Positions 27,608 through 37,231 of a stretch of 64,000 nt of DNA are shown in pieces. A program made the translations under genes and the position numbers. The notes beneath the pieces were generated by a model, which was not told the DNA's origin, did not search any database, and saw only the letters and a list, made by a program, of their open reading frames with translations. Numbering within the stretch: position 1 is the stretch's first letter; every line of letters begins with the position of its first letter. Source of the stretch: Methanomassiliicoccaceae archaeon (lineage in GTDB: Archaea > Thermoplasmatota > Thermoplasmata > Methanomassiliicoccales > Methanomethylophilaceae); contig JAYFOZ010000001.1 in the NCBI GenBank assembly GCA_034928305.1, positions 173,255-237,254 on the forward strand, written 5' to 3'.

Positions 27608-28674
27608 TGGTTCATGAGCAGATCTATGGATTCGTGGAGAAGTATTGCCACGAGAATCACAAGAAAATCGTTTTTACAATAACCTGTCTGATACTAGCCA
27701 TATTTGTCTTTTTCCTGACAATCTCCATCGGAAAATACGAGCTGTCTTTCGGCGAGTCGTATAGGATATTTGTCGACAATCTTTTCGGAAACGGTCAGGC
27801 TACAACAGAGAACATGATCATCTGGGAATACCGTGTCCCCCGAGCCCTCATGGGCATATTCGTCGGGGCATCGCTGGCAGTGGGCGGCGCGGTCATGCAG
27901 AACCTGATGATGAACCCGCTTGCGGAACCGTATACCATGGGCATTTCGTCCGGTGCCTTCCTCGGTGCCGTGCTGTCGATAACATGCGGTATATCCATCA
28001 TCCCGTTCCTCGGCGGAGACGACGCCACGGTATTGAACGCATTCATCCTTTCGCTCGCGCCGGTATTTCTGATCGTAGCAATATCCAAATTCAGAAAGAC
28101 CACGCCTACGACCATGATACTGTGCGGGGTGGCCATAATGTACGCATTCAGTTCGGTATCGACGATGCTGATGGTCTTGGCGGACCCTGAGCATCTCTCG
28201 GACGCATATTCGTGGCGCGTCGGAGTCCTCGGTAAGGCCTCGTGGGACAGCCTGATGCTGGTAACTCCCTCGATGACGATCCTCATTGCGATATTGTTAC
28301 TCTTCGCGGGAAAGATCAATACGATGTCCATAGGAGACAAGGGAGCAATCTCGCTGGGCACAGACCCATACCGGACCAGGCTCGTCTGCCTGGTCCTGGT
28401 CGCGTTGCTTACGGCATTCGCTGTCAGCTTCACCGGCACGATCGGATTCGTCGGCCTCGTGGCCCCACATATAGTCAGGACGTTCATTGGATCGAACAAC
28501 ACGTATCTTCTGCCGGCATGTGCGGGATTCGGAGGCATATTCCTCCTTGTGATGGACTCAATAGCCAAAGTGATAAGCGAGACCGGGCTACCCGTAGGTG
28601 TCATATCCGCGATGGTCGGGGGCCCCCTCTTCATATACATACTGGTACAGAGGAAGCGCAGGATATGGTACTGA
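27607..28674 (+). CDS. FecCD/BtuC-family permease, subunit 2
   Basis: TGATG overlap start (MVHEQIYG..). Motifs RALMGIFVGASLAVGGAVMQ and NPLAEPYTMGISSGA. The ORF-track start 27313 is rejected. Confidence 0.85.
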   Translation: MVHEQIYGFVEKYCHENHKKIVFTITCLILAIFVFFLTISIGKYELSFGESYRIFVDNLFGNGQATTENMIIWEYRVPRALMGIFVGASLAVGGAVMQNLMMNPLAEPYTMGISSGAFLGAVLSITCGISIIPFLGGDDATVLNAFILSLAPVFLIVAISKFRKTTPTTMILCGVAIMYAFSSVSTMLMVLADPEHLSDAYSWRVGVLGKASWDSLMLVTPSMTILIAILLLFAGKINTMSIGDKGAISLGTDPYRTRLVCLVLVALLTAFAVSFTGTIGFVGLVAPHIVRTFIGSNNTYLLPACAGFGGIFLLVMDSIAKVISETGLPVGVISAMVGGPLFIYILVQRKRRIWY

Positions 28675-28685
28675 TCATCCAACGT

Positions 28686-28720
28686 CCGGGGAAAAGCGGG
28701 GCAATGGCCCCGTACCCCGG
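28686..28720. terminator. nested GC hairpin between the convergent permease and cobN
   Basis: CCGGGG...GGGGC-AATG-GCCCC...CCCCGG. Confidence 0.3.
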
Positions 28721-28740
28721 ACGGCCACATATATACAGGC

Positions 28741-31700
28741 TCAGCGGTCGTTGACCTCTTCGATACGCTCTTCCAGGCCCAGGAATATTTCCTTCATTTT
28801 CTCGAGTGTTTTCGGGTCGGCGTCCCACATACCCCTGTCGCAGGCCTCCATGAGGCGGTTCATCATGTCCATCATGGCGTGAGGATTTTCGTCCTTCATC
28901 CATTCGCGCGTATCGTCGTCGAACAGATACTTCTCGGCAAGCTTCTCGTACATCCAGTCATCTACTGTTTCGGAAGTGGCGTCCCATCCGAACATGTATT
29001 CAGTAAGGTTGGCTACCTCTGCAACCCCCCTGTAACCGTGCCGTTTCAACCCCTCTATGAATTTCGGATTTAGCACTTTGCTCCTGAAAACGAACTGAAG
29101 CTCTTCTCTGGTGCTTCTCAACCTAACCTTGTCGGGATTCGAACCGTCGCCGATCAAAGATATCGCGTCCTTTTTGCCGTATGCTCTCACAAAAGAGTTG
29201 AGCCCTCCGAGATACCCGTACACATCATCCATGTCCAGCACGTCGATCTCCCTGTCCGGCATATTCTTCACGGTCACGCCGACCTTGCCGAACCTCTTGA
29301 CGAACTGGTCCCTCATGCTCTCTCCGGTCATGCCGCGCCCGTAAGCATAGCTCCCCCAGGTGATGTAGATGTCAGCAAGGTCCTGCACGGTCTTCCAATC
29401 GCCAGTTTCCACGGCGTGGTTAACGCCAGGGCCATACCCTCCCGGCGGGCAGCCGAAAATGCGCACAAGGCCCTCCTTTTTGACCTGTTCCGCCGGCAGT
29501 CCCTTCTCTATTCCCTCTACGATATCTCTGCGCAGGTTCGCCGCTAGGTAGTTTTCTTCTTCGGACTCGTCCAGGCCGGCCGCCATTTTTACTGCGTCGT
29601 CTATCAGGTCGATAAGGTTAGGGAAAGTATCCCTGAACAATCCCGTGATGCGGACGGTCACGTCTATGCGTGGTCTCCCCAGCTCAGACAGGGGAACGGG
29701 CTCCAGCCCGACGACCTGCCCGCCAACATTGGACCACACGGGCCTTATGCCCATCAGCCATAGTATATAAGCGACGTCGTCGCCGTTGGTCTTCATGGTA
29801 TCGGTCGCCCATATGATGAAACCGACCTCGCGGGGATAGTGCCCCGTTTCGTCAATATAGCGTTCGACCATCTGGTCGGCCATCTTTTTACCGATCTCCC
29901 AAGAGGAAGGCGGAGGGACGATGTCCGGATCGATGCCGTAATAATTCCTGCCCATCGGAAGTATATGGGCGTTCCCCCTGGTTGGGGCTCCAGAAGGGCC
30001 CGGGAGGACGTAACCTCCGTTACACCCATGGATAAGATTGTCCATTTCGTCAGTCATCCTCATGATGTTCCTTGCCAGGGAATCGCAGATATAGGCTATC
30101 GAAGACCCGAAGCCAGGTGACATGCCTCCGGCCGCCTCTTCCGCAAGTCTCATGCAGCTGTCCTTTTCATAATCAGCGCATCTCATTGCGGTCAGCAGGT
30201 CAAGCAGGTCTTTTTCCAGAGAATCGATAACAACGGAGTTCAGCTCGCCCTCGCGGACCTCGGATGGATTGTCGAGAAGGACATCCATATTGTATCCCCG
30301 TACCTCTGCAAAAGAATCTCTGAGCGAGGGGACGTCTCCGTTTTTCAATCTCATGATGGAATATATCATCTCGTCGAAACGGTCTCCTTCCGGGGCCCTC
30401 CCCAGTATATGGAGCCCGTCCCGGATCAACGCATCTCTGATATCCGTAAGATATGCGTGCAGATCGTCGAGGCGGCCTTCGAATTCCTCCGCAGAAATGT
30501 TTTCGGAAATATCCAGGTCCCCAAACATTTTGGCTTCGCGGACGCCGTTCAAAACACGCTCTACAAGCGCCATTCTCTTTCCGTCGCTGGAATTCCTCGC
30601 TTTGAAGTATTCCTGCAGAGCGTTATCAATCGCGGACAACTCGTCGTACGAGCCCGCCCGAGCCATCGCAGGGCACATGTGCCCTATAAGCACGGCCTCA
30701 GAACGCCTCTTGCACTGAATTCCTTCTCCAGGATCGTCGATGATGTATGGATAGATGTGCGGGATCCCGTCGAGCACGATGTCCGGAAAGCATTTCGAAG
30801 ACAATCCGACACTCTTGCCAGGGAGCCACTCCAGAGTTCCGTGCGTCCCCATATGAAAGACGATGTCCGTTCCAAAGTCGAACTTGAGCCATCTGTAAAA
30901 CATCAGATATTGATGGGGCATCGGCACCACGGGATCATGATAAACAGACTCCATCTGGTTGGCCCAAGATCTCAGGGGCTGATAACCGATGAATATGTTG
31001 CCGTTCAGCAGGCCGGGGATAACGAATTTGCCGTCTTCGACGCATATAGTTCCGGGAGGCTTTCCCCAATTTTCTTCCATCAGCCGTCTGTTGAACTCGG
31101 ACAGTTCCGAGTAGTACCGCCTATATTCCCTCAGGTCGGCCATGTCTGCAGCCTTTTCCCTCACTCTTTCGGGGGAAGACCATTCAAGGTCGTTCGTGAT
31201 ATTGTCCAAAATCTCATCGATAAGGGCCCTTCCGTTCAGGGGCACGTGATTCACGGTATAGCCCTGCCTGTCGAATCTTATGAGCATGTCGTTCACACTT
31301 TCGATGGTGTCGAGGCCCGCAGCGTTCCCTATGCGCCCCGATTCCGGACGGGATTGATACATCAGAATTGCAACCTTACGCTCGGAGGCTGGTTTCATGG
31401 ACAGTTTGGCCCAGCATTTTACTGCGTTGGAAAGATGCTCTATCCTGTCCTCTACCGGAGAATACCTCTTCGTTCCGCCCAGGCATCCCTCGTTGCTACC
31501 GATCGGCACGGTGATGATCTGACCGTCGACCTCCGGCCAGACCACGCTCATCTTCAGTTCGCCGTTGCTCAGTCCGGAAGCGCTCTCTTCGTAATCTGAA
31601 AAGTGGCCGCCCACCGTCATGGCCTGTATGACCGGGACGTCCGTCAGGTAATGATAGAAGTTCTGTTCATCGGGAGTGTAGATGCCCGTGCAGTCTCTGG

Positions 31701-32481
31701 AGTTATTGAGCTGTGAGAACGGGGTTGCCATTATAATTGCGTTCACCCTGCACTTTTTTCCGTCCATAAGATATTTTTCAACCACCGAAAGAGTGCCCCC
31801 GCTCCCCTCGGAGCTGCTGACCCTCGTGCTGAAGAAAACCGGGATGACGTTGACCTCTATTGATTCAAGCTTTCTGATGAGCATATCGATATGCTCCTGA
31901 TTGTTGTATATCCACAGATTAGATGTGTACAGTATCCCGACGGTAGGACGGCCGGGGACCAGATGTTCCAGATAATCCTTCAGGTCCACGTCTCTGGAAT
32001 AATCCGGATGATATATGCCGTCCTCTCTGTTTTTAATCGGTTCCGGGACGGCCCCATCGCCGGTAAGCTTGTTGTTCAGCCATTGCAGGATGCCCTTGTC
32101 GTTCTCTCTGCCCCTGTTTCCGATATATTCCCCCAACAGTTTGAAATCTTCATCGGAGCCCTTGAACAAATCGCGATACATGAGGCGCACTTCTACGTTC
32201 CCGGCATAGGACATGACATAGCCGGGGCATTCTCTGAGCACATTTTCAAATTGGGCGAATCTCTTCATCCGTGACGGTTCGGCCATGGATCTAATTATTG
32301 TCAGATCTGCAACTTTGGACCTGCGTACAAGTTCCTGGTACAACAGCGGATCATCGTCCACATCTTCCCCGTTAACGCAGAACAGTTCTATGTCCCATTT
32401 TCTCTCCAGGGATATTTCCCTTGCGGGCTCTTCCATATTGTGGGCGTCCGAACTCTGAATTGATATATAAACGACTTTCAT
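28741..32481 (-). CDS. cobN: CobN/ChlH/BchH-family large chelatase subunit
   Basis: 1246 aa. Length and architecture fit the class I chelatase large subunit (FHMGTHGTLEWLPGK, GNAHILPMGRNYY and similar). Divergent from the chlI/chlD-like genes. Confidence 0.85.
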   Translation of the reverse strand: MKVVYISIQSSDAHNMEEPAREISLERKWDIELFCVNGEDVDDDPLLYQELVRRSKVADLTIIRSMAEPSRMKRFAQFENVLRECPGYVMSYAGNVEVRLMYRDLFKGSDEDFKLLGEYIGNRGRENDKGILQWLNNKLTGDGAVPEPIKNREDGIYHPDYSRDVDLKDYLEHLVPGRPTVGILYTSNLWIYNNQEHIDMLIRKLESIEVNVIPVFFSTRVSSSEGSGGTLSVVEKYLMDGKKCRVNAIIMATPFSQLNNSRDCTGIYTPDEQNFYHYLTDVPVIQAMTVGGHFSDYEESASGLSNGELKMSVVWPEVDGQIITVPIGSNEGCLGGTKRYSPVEDRIEHLSNAVKCWAKLSMKPASERKVAILMYQSRPESGRIGNAAGLDTIESVNDMLIRFDRQGYTVNHVPLNGRALIDEILDNITNDLEWSSPERVREKAADMADLREYRRYYSELSEFNRRLMEENWGKPPGTICVEDGKFVIPGLLNGNIFIGYQPLRSWANQMESVYHDPVVPMPHQYLMFYRWLKFDFGTDIVFHMGTHGTLEWLPGKSVGLSSKCFPDIVLDGIPHIYPYIIDDPGEGIQCKRRSEAVLIGHMCPAMARAGSYDELSAIDNALQEYFKARNSSDGKRMALVERVLNGVREAKMFGDLDISENISAEEFEGRLDDLHAYLTDIRDALIRDGLHILGRAPEGDRFDEMIYSIMRLKNGDVPSLRDSFAEVRGYNMDVLLDNPSEVREGELNSVVIDSLEKDLLDLLTAMRCADYEKDSCMRLAEEAAGGMSPGFGSSIAYICDSLARNIMRMTDEMDNLIHGCNGGYVLPGPSGAPTRGNAHILPMGRNYYGIDPDIVPPPSSWEIGKKMADQMVERYIDETGHYPREVGFIIWATDTMKTNGDDVAYILWLMGIRPVWSNVGGQVVGLEPVPLSELGRPRIDVTVRITGLFRDTFPNLIDLIDDAVKMAAGLDESEEENYLAANLRRDIVEGIEKGLPAEQVKKEGLVRIFGCPPGGYGPGVNHAVETGDWKTVQDLADIYITWGSYAYGRGMTGESMRDQFVKRFGKVGVTVKNMPDREIDVLDMDDVYGYLGGLNSFVRAYGKKDAISLIGDGSNPDKVRLRSTREELQFVFRSKVLNPKFIEGLKRHGYRGVAEVANLTEYMFGWDATSETVDDWMYEKLAEKYLFDDDTREWMKDENPHAMMDMMNRLMEACDRGMWDADPKTLEKMKEIFLGLEERIEEVNDR

Positions 32482-32492
32482 ATCTTCAAATA

Positions 32493-32509
32493 TTGGATGT
32501 ATAAGCCAA
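32493..32509. promoter_or_regulatory. operator copy TTGGAT-GTATA-AGCCAA (cobN side of the divergent promoter)
   Basis: Lies 12 nt upstream of the cobN start 32481, between it and the TATA-like TTTATTTATAT (minus strand). Confidence 0.5.
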
Positions 32510-32574
32510 TATAAATAAATTTAATGTTCCAGTTAGAATCATTCATTATCGGATAAAGGTTTATTATAGGTAAA

Positions 32575-32591
32575 TTGGATATATGAGCCAA
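32575..32591. promoter_or_regulatory. operator copy TTGGAT-ATATG-AGCCAA (chlI side)
   Basis: Lies 17 nt upstream of ATG 32608, just after the TATA-like TTTATTATA. Confidence 0.5.
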
Positions 32592-32607
32592 CCAGTTGGG
32601 AATTATC

Positions 32608-33633
32608 ATGGACAGATTACTTTTCCCGTTCGTCTCGATCGTAGGTCAAAAAGAAATGAAAAAAGCACTGCTGCTCAACGTTGTGGACCCGAGCATCGGA
32701 GGCGTACTCATAAAGGGTGAAAAGGGAACGGCGAAATCGACGGCCGTCAGATCGCTTTCGCAGATCCTTCCCTGGCGTATGTCGGCGGAGGGATGCGCGT
32801 TCAACTGCGACCCTTCGTTGCCCGGCAGGCTGTGCCCCTACTGCAAAGAGAAGATCCTTTCAGGAAAGGACCTGAGGTCCGTAAATGTCAGAATGAGGGT
32901 TGTGGAACTCCCTCTGAGCGCCACGGAGGATCGAGTCTCGGGCACTCTGGATATCGAACACATCCTCAAGACGGGGGAAAGGAAGTTCGATCCCGGAGTA
33001 CTTGCACAGGCCAACGGGAATGTGCTCTATATAGACGAGGTGAACCTTCTGGACGACCACATCGTAGATCTATTGCTCGATTCAGCGGCAATGGGAGTCA
33101 ATTATGTGGAAAGAGAAGGGGTCTCCTTCTCTCATCCTTCTAGATTTATTCTGGTTGGTACGATGAATCCGGAGGAGGGGGACCTCAGACCGCAGCTTTT
33201 GGACAGGTTCGGGTTGTCCGTCGAAGTAAAAGGGGACAGAGACACCGACGAACGCATGGAGGTCGTCCGAAGAAGGCTTGAGTTCGACACAAACCCGGAA
33301 AAATATACTGAAAAATACGGGGCAGAGTCGGAACAGCTGACGTCCAGGCTGTCAAAGGCCCGGGAAATCCTTCCGGACGTTTCGGTGGACGACGATGTTC
33401 TGAGAGCGATAGTGAACATGACGATAAACCTGGGCATCGATGGCCACAGGGCAGATATCACAATGGTTAAAGCGAGCAAGGCCAACGCTGCCATGGACGG
33501 GAGGGTCCGCGTAACCAAAGAGGACGTCAGGGAGGCGGCCCCTCTGGCACTTTCTCATCGTATGCGGCGGCGCCCGTTCGAGGAAGAAGCATTCGACAAA
33601 GAGGAACTCGACAGATGTATGCAGACTATATGA
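32608..33633 (+). CDS. chlI: ChlI/BchI-like AAA+ chelatase subunit
   Basis: FPFVSIVGQKEMKKALLLNVVDPSIGGVLIKGEKGTAKST, Walker B LYIDEVNLLDDHIVD, GTMNPEEGDLRPQLLDRFG. Confidence 0.9.
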   Translation: MDRLLFPFVSIVGQKEMKKALLLNVVDPSIGGVLIKGEKGTAKSTAVRSLSQILPWRMSAEGCAFNCDPSLPGRLCPYCKEKILSGKDLRSVNVRMRVVELPLSATEDRVSGTLDIEHILKTGERKFDPGVLAQANGNVLYIDEVNLLDDHIVDLLLDSAAMGVNYVEREGVSFSHPSRFILVGTMNPEEGDLRPQLLDRFGLSVEVKGDRDTDERMEVVRRRLEFDTNPEKYTEKYGAESEQLTSRLSKAREILPDVSVDDDVLRAIVNMTINLGIDGHRADITMVKASKANAAMDGRVRVTKEDVREAAPLALSHRMRRRPFEEEAFDKEELDRCMQTI

Positions 33634-35510
33634 GCGGGCTTCCTTTCACTGCCATATATGGCATGGACGACCCGAAAAAAGCAGTGCTTTGCTCCATGGT
33701 CAACCCCCGCATACGTACGGTTCTGATAATGGGATGTTCGGGATCTGCAAAGACTGCTCTTTCCAGGGCGACGGGCGCCCTGATGGGCAGGGAGGTCGTG
33801 AACGTGCCACTCAATGTTACAGAGGAGCAGCTGTTTGGCGGAATGGACATCGAGGCCACCCTCAGAGAGGGAAGGCCCGTGGTACAGAATGGGATCATGC
33901 ACCGGGCAGACGGGAAGATACTGTACGTAGATGACATAAATCTCCTAGATCAGAAGATCGCCGCGGCACTGACCGACTGCATACTGAACGGAAAGGTGGT
34001 TCTGGAAAGAGAAGGAATATCCGCCGAGTACGAATGCAAAATCACCCTGATCGCAACGATGAACCCGCTGGGTCCCGAAATGAGCTCGCATCTGACCGAC
34101 CGTTTCGATCTGTGCGCATACTCTGTCTTTCCCGAGGATGAGAGCGGAAGAAAAGAGGTGCTCCGCAGGAATATAGAATATCAAAAAGGAGCCGCATCGT
34201 TCTCCGAAATGTACGGGGATGAGGAATCTTTGCTCAGGTCTAAGGTCGAGAGGGCCCAATCTATTCTTCCCATCGTAAAGATGTCCGACGACCTTTTGGG
34301 CGTAATCGTCGAGCTCGCCGCAAAGGTATCCGCAGAAGGTTTCCGCGGCGACCTGGCAATAATCAACGCCTCCATGGCTCTGGCAGCCCTCAACGGACGG
34401 GACGAGGTAACCAGAAAGGATGTGGAAGAGGTGGCGGCACTGTGCCTGGTTCACCGCCGCAATACTTCTCCCGAACCTCCGGAGCGGCGGGAGCAGGAGC
34501 AGGAGCAGGAGGGACAAGATGAAGAAAGGGAGCCTCGCAGAGACGAAGGGCAGCGGCAGGAAAGCAATGGAGAGGGACAAGATCACGGGGCCGAAGAACC
34601 GCCCGATCGGGGTGAGAGCTCCGACTCCGAGGAACCGGGCCCCGAACGGACGGCAGAGGATATCCTTTTCGAAGTCGGAGAGCAGTTCAGAGTTATCGAC
34701 TATATTCACGGGACCGGTCGCAAGGTCCGAAAGACATCTAGCAGAAAGGGCCGCAGAGAGGCCGCAGAAAGTTCGGACACGACAGGAAGATACATATGTT
34801 CCAGGTGTCCGGAAGGGAAAGCCAAGGACATTGCGTTAGATGCAACCATTCGTGCTGCGGCACCGTATCAGAGGTCCAGAGATCATGGAGATCTTGCGAT
34901 ATCGATAAATGGCCAGGATATCAGAGAGAAGGTTCGTGAAAGGCAATCCGGATGCACGATATTATTCCTTGTCGACGCCAGCGGTTCTCTGGGCGTCAGA
35001 AAGAGAATGTCAGCGGTAAAGGGCGCAGTCCTCTCGATGCTTCAGGACAGCTATGTAAAAAGGGACAAGGTGGGGCTGATGGCGTTCAGACGTGATTCTG
35101 CCGAGTTGATACTGCCGCCTACCAGGTCCGCGGAGTACGGGTATAGGAAACTGGCGGAGATGCCCACCGGGGGGAAGACCCCGCTCGCCGAGGCCCTGGT
35201 TTCGGCCGGAAAGGTCATGACATCGTATTCCAGGTCGCACCCAGGGGAGATGTGTTACATCGTGGTCATCACAGACGGCCGCGCCAACGTTCCGATCGAT
35301 CGGGGCGCCGACGCCAACGAAGAGGTGATCAAACTGGCATCGAAGATGTCCATACCCCAGGTGGACTGGATCGTAATCGATGCCGGCTCCGGATATGTCC
35401 GTTTTGATAACGCCGAAAAGCTGGCAATGGAACTCGAGGGCACATACTTCAGGCTGGACGATCTGAACTCGGACAGGCTGGCAGAGAATATCAGAGCGGT
35501 CATCAGATAA
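33615..35510 (+). CDS. chlD: ChlD/BchD-like chelatase subunit (degenerate AAA+ domain, acidic/Pro linker, vWA domain)
   Basis: Degenerate P-loop GCSGSAKT. Linker PEPPERREQEQEQEGQDEEREP...SDSEEPGPE. vWA MIDAS motif LFLVDASGSLG. Confidence 0.85.
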   Translation: MYADYMSGLPFTAIYGMDDPKKAVLCSMVNPRIRTVLIMGCSGSAKTALSRATGALMGREVVNVPLNVTEEQLFGGMDIEATLREGRPVVQNGIMHRADGKILYVDDINLLDQKIAAALTDCILNGKVVLEREGISAEYECKITLIATMNPLGPEMSSHLTDRFDLCAYSVFPEDESGRKEVLRRNIEYQKGAASFSEMYGDEESLLRSKVERAQSILPIVKMSDDLLGVIVELAAKVSAEGFRGDLAIINASMALAALNGRDEVTRKDVEEVAALCLVHRRNTSPEPPERREQEQEQEGQDEEREPRRDEGQRQESNGEGQDHGAEEPPDRGESSDSEEPGPERTAEDILFEVGEQFRVIDYIHGTGRKVRKTSSRKGRREAAESSDTTGRYICSRCPEGKAKDIALDATIRAAAPYQRSRDHGDLAISINGQDIREKVRERQSGCTILFLVDASGSLGVRKRMSAVKGAVLSMLQDSYVKRDKVGLMAFRRDSAELILPPTRSAEYGYRKLAEMPTGGKTPLAEALVSAGKVMTSYSRSHPGEMCYIVVITDGRANVPIDRGADANEEVIKLASKMSIPQVDWIVIDAGSGYVRFDNAEKLAMELEGTYFRLDDLNSDRLAENIRAVIR

Positions 35511-36030
35511 TGATATGATAATTTCTACTCCGTGTGTGAAAAAAGACTTGCTGGAATCGCGGCTTACTGGTTCACATCACGGATTGTTGTTTTGTGCGGT
35601 AAATCTGTCTGAAGATCATCTTAGTGAGCCGTCGTCCATTATGTAACGCCAGACTTTCATGTCATTCCCCTCTGTGCTTACAACGGGGCCCCGAATACCG
35701 CGTGGCGGCCGAGAAGAAATTTCCCATGCCGATCGAGTTATGGAAACAGAGGAACAAGGAAGAAGCCTTGAAACCCGAGGATGCGCCCATCGTTCCAGAG
35801 GATCAGAGGCCGGACCCTTTATGAAGTTGTCATCGGCTCGAATCTGCGTCGTATATCGAGGTCAACGGAATATCTTCGAGGGCACATATTCTGAGATCTC
35901 TTTAATTTCACAGATGCAGGGCATTTTTGGCGATTAAATCATACTAAGTCGATAGGAAAACAATAGATTAATATACCGTGCAACCAATCTATACCCAATC
36001 GATTGAAATAACGGTAAACGGAGACAAGAT

Positions 36031-37227
36031 ATGAGCAAAAAAATCTACTTGGACAACGCGGCGACGACGGAGGTGCACCCGGAAGTGCTGGAGGCAATGC
36101 TCCCCTATCTGAAGGACTATTATGGAAATCCGTCCAGCATCCATGGGTTGGCCAAGTACGCGAGGGACGCGCGCGAACATGCCAGAGCATCGGTGGCAGA
36201 GTTGATCAACGCCGGACCGAAGGAGATATATTTCACGGCCGGAGGGACCGAATCCGACAATTGGGCCCTGAAGTCCGTCGCATTCGGCAACCGCTCCAAA
36301 GGGAATCACATCATAGTTTCGAAGATCGAACATCATGCGGTAATGAACACATGCGAGTTCCTCGGGAAGAACGGCTTCGACATCACATATCTGGATGTCG
36401 ACGAGTTCGGAAGGGTGAACCCCGAGGATGTCGAGAAGGCCGTCAGGCCGGAGACGATCCTCATATCCGTCATGTATGCAAACAACGAGATAGGGACGAT
36501 CGAACCTATCGCCGAGATAGGAAAAATCGCAAGAGAGCACGGGGTCCTATTCCACACTGACGCTGTGCAGGCGTTCGGCCATGTGCCGATAGACGTAAAG
36601 GCAGAGAACATAGATCTCTTGAGTGCCAGCGGCCATAAGGTATATGGTCCCAAGGGGGTCGGGGCGCTCTACATAAGAGACGGCGTAAAGCTTGAGCCGC
36701 TAATGCACGGAGGTGCGCAGGAAAGAGGAATCCGTGCAGGTACCGAGAACATCCCGGGAATAGTCGGCATGGGAAAAGCGGCCGAGATAGCGAAGAGGGA
36801 CATGGATAAGCACATAGCCAGGGAGACAGAGCTGAGAGACCACATGATGAATCGTCTTCTCACAGAGGTGCCATTCACAAAGCTTAACGGACACAGGTCC
36901 GAGAGGCTCTCCGGCAACGTCAACATAGCTTTCAGGTTCGTCGAAGGCGAGAGCGTGTTGATGCTTCTGAACCACAGGGGCGTATTCGTATCCACAGGTT
37001 CGGCATGCGCGTCCGGGTCCCTGGACCCATCCCACGTGCTTCTGGCCATAGGATTGAAACACGAAGTGGCCCACGGGTCGGTAAGGTTCACGCTCTCTTA
37101 CAAGACGACAGAGGGCGATATCGATGAGGCGGTAGATGCGGTCAAGGAATCAGTGGCCAGGCTCAGGGAGATGTCTCCTCTGTACGCAGACCACATAAAG
37201 AACGGGACCAACAAAAAGGAGGTATGA
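36031..37227 (+). CDS. nifS: cysteine desulfurase (NifS/IscS class)
   Basis: IYLDNAATT, PLP-lysine context SASGHKVYGPKG, active-site loop GSACASG. Confidence 0.9.
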   Translation: MSKKIYLDNAATTEVHPEVLEAMLPYLKDYYGNPSSIHGLAKYARDAREHARASVAELINAGPKEIYFTAGGTESDNWALKSVAFGNRSKGNHIIVSKIEHHAVMNTCEFLGKNGFDITYLDVDEFGRVNPEDVEKAVRPETILISVMYANNEIGTIEPIAEIGKIAREHGVLFHTDAVQAFGHVPIDVKAENIDLLSASGHKVYGPKGVGALYIRDGVKLEPLMHGGAQERGIRAGTENIPGIVGMGKAAEIAKRDMDKHIARETELRDHMMNRLLTEVPFTKLNGHRSERLSGNVNIAFRFVEGESVLMLLNHRGVFVSTGSACASGSLDPSHVLLAIGLKHEVAHGSVRFTLSYKTTEGDIDEAVDAVKESVARLREMSPLYADHIKNGTNKKEV

Positions 37228-37231
37228 CGAG

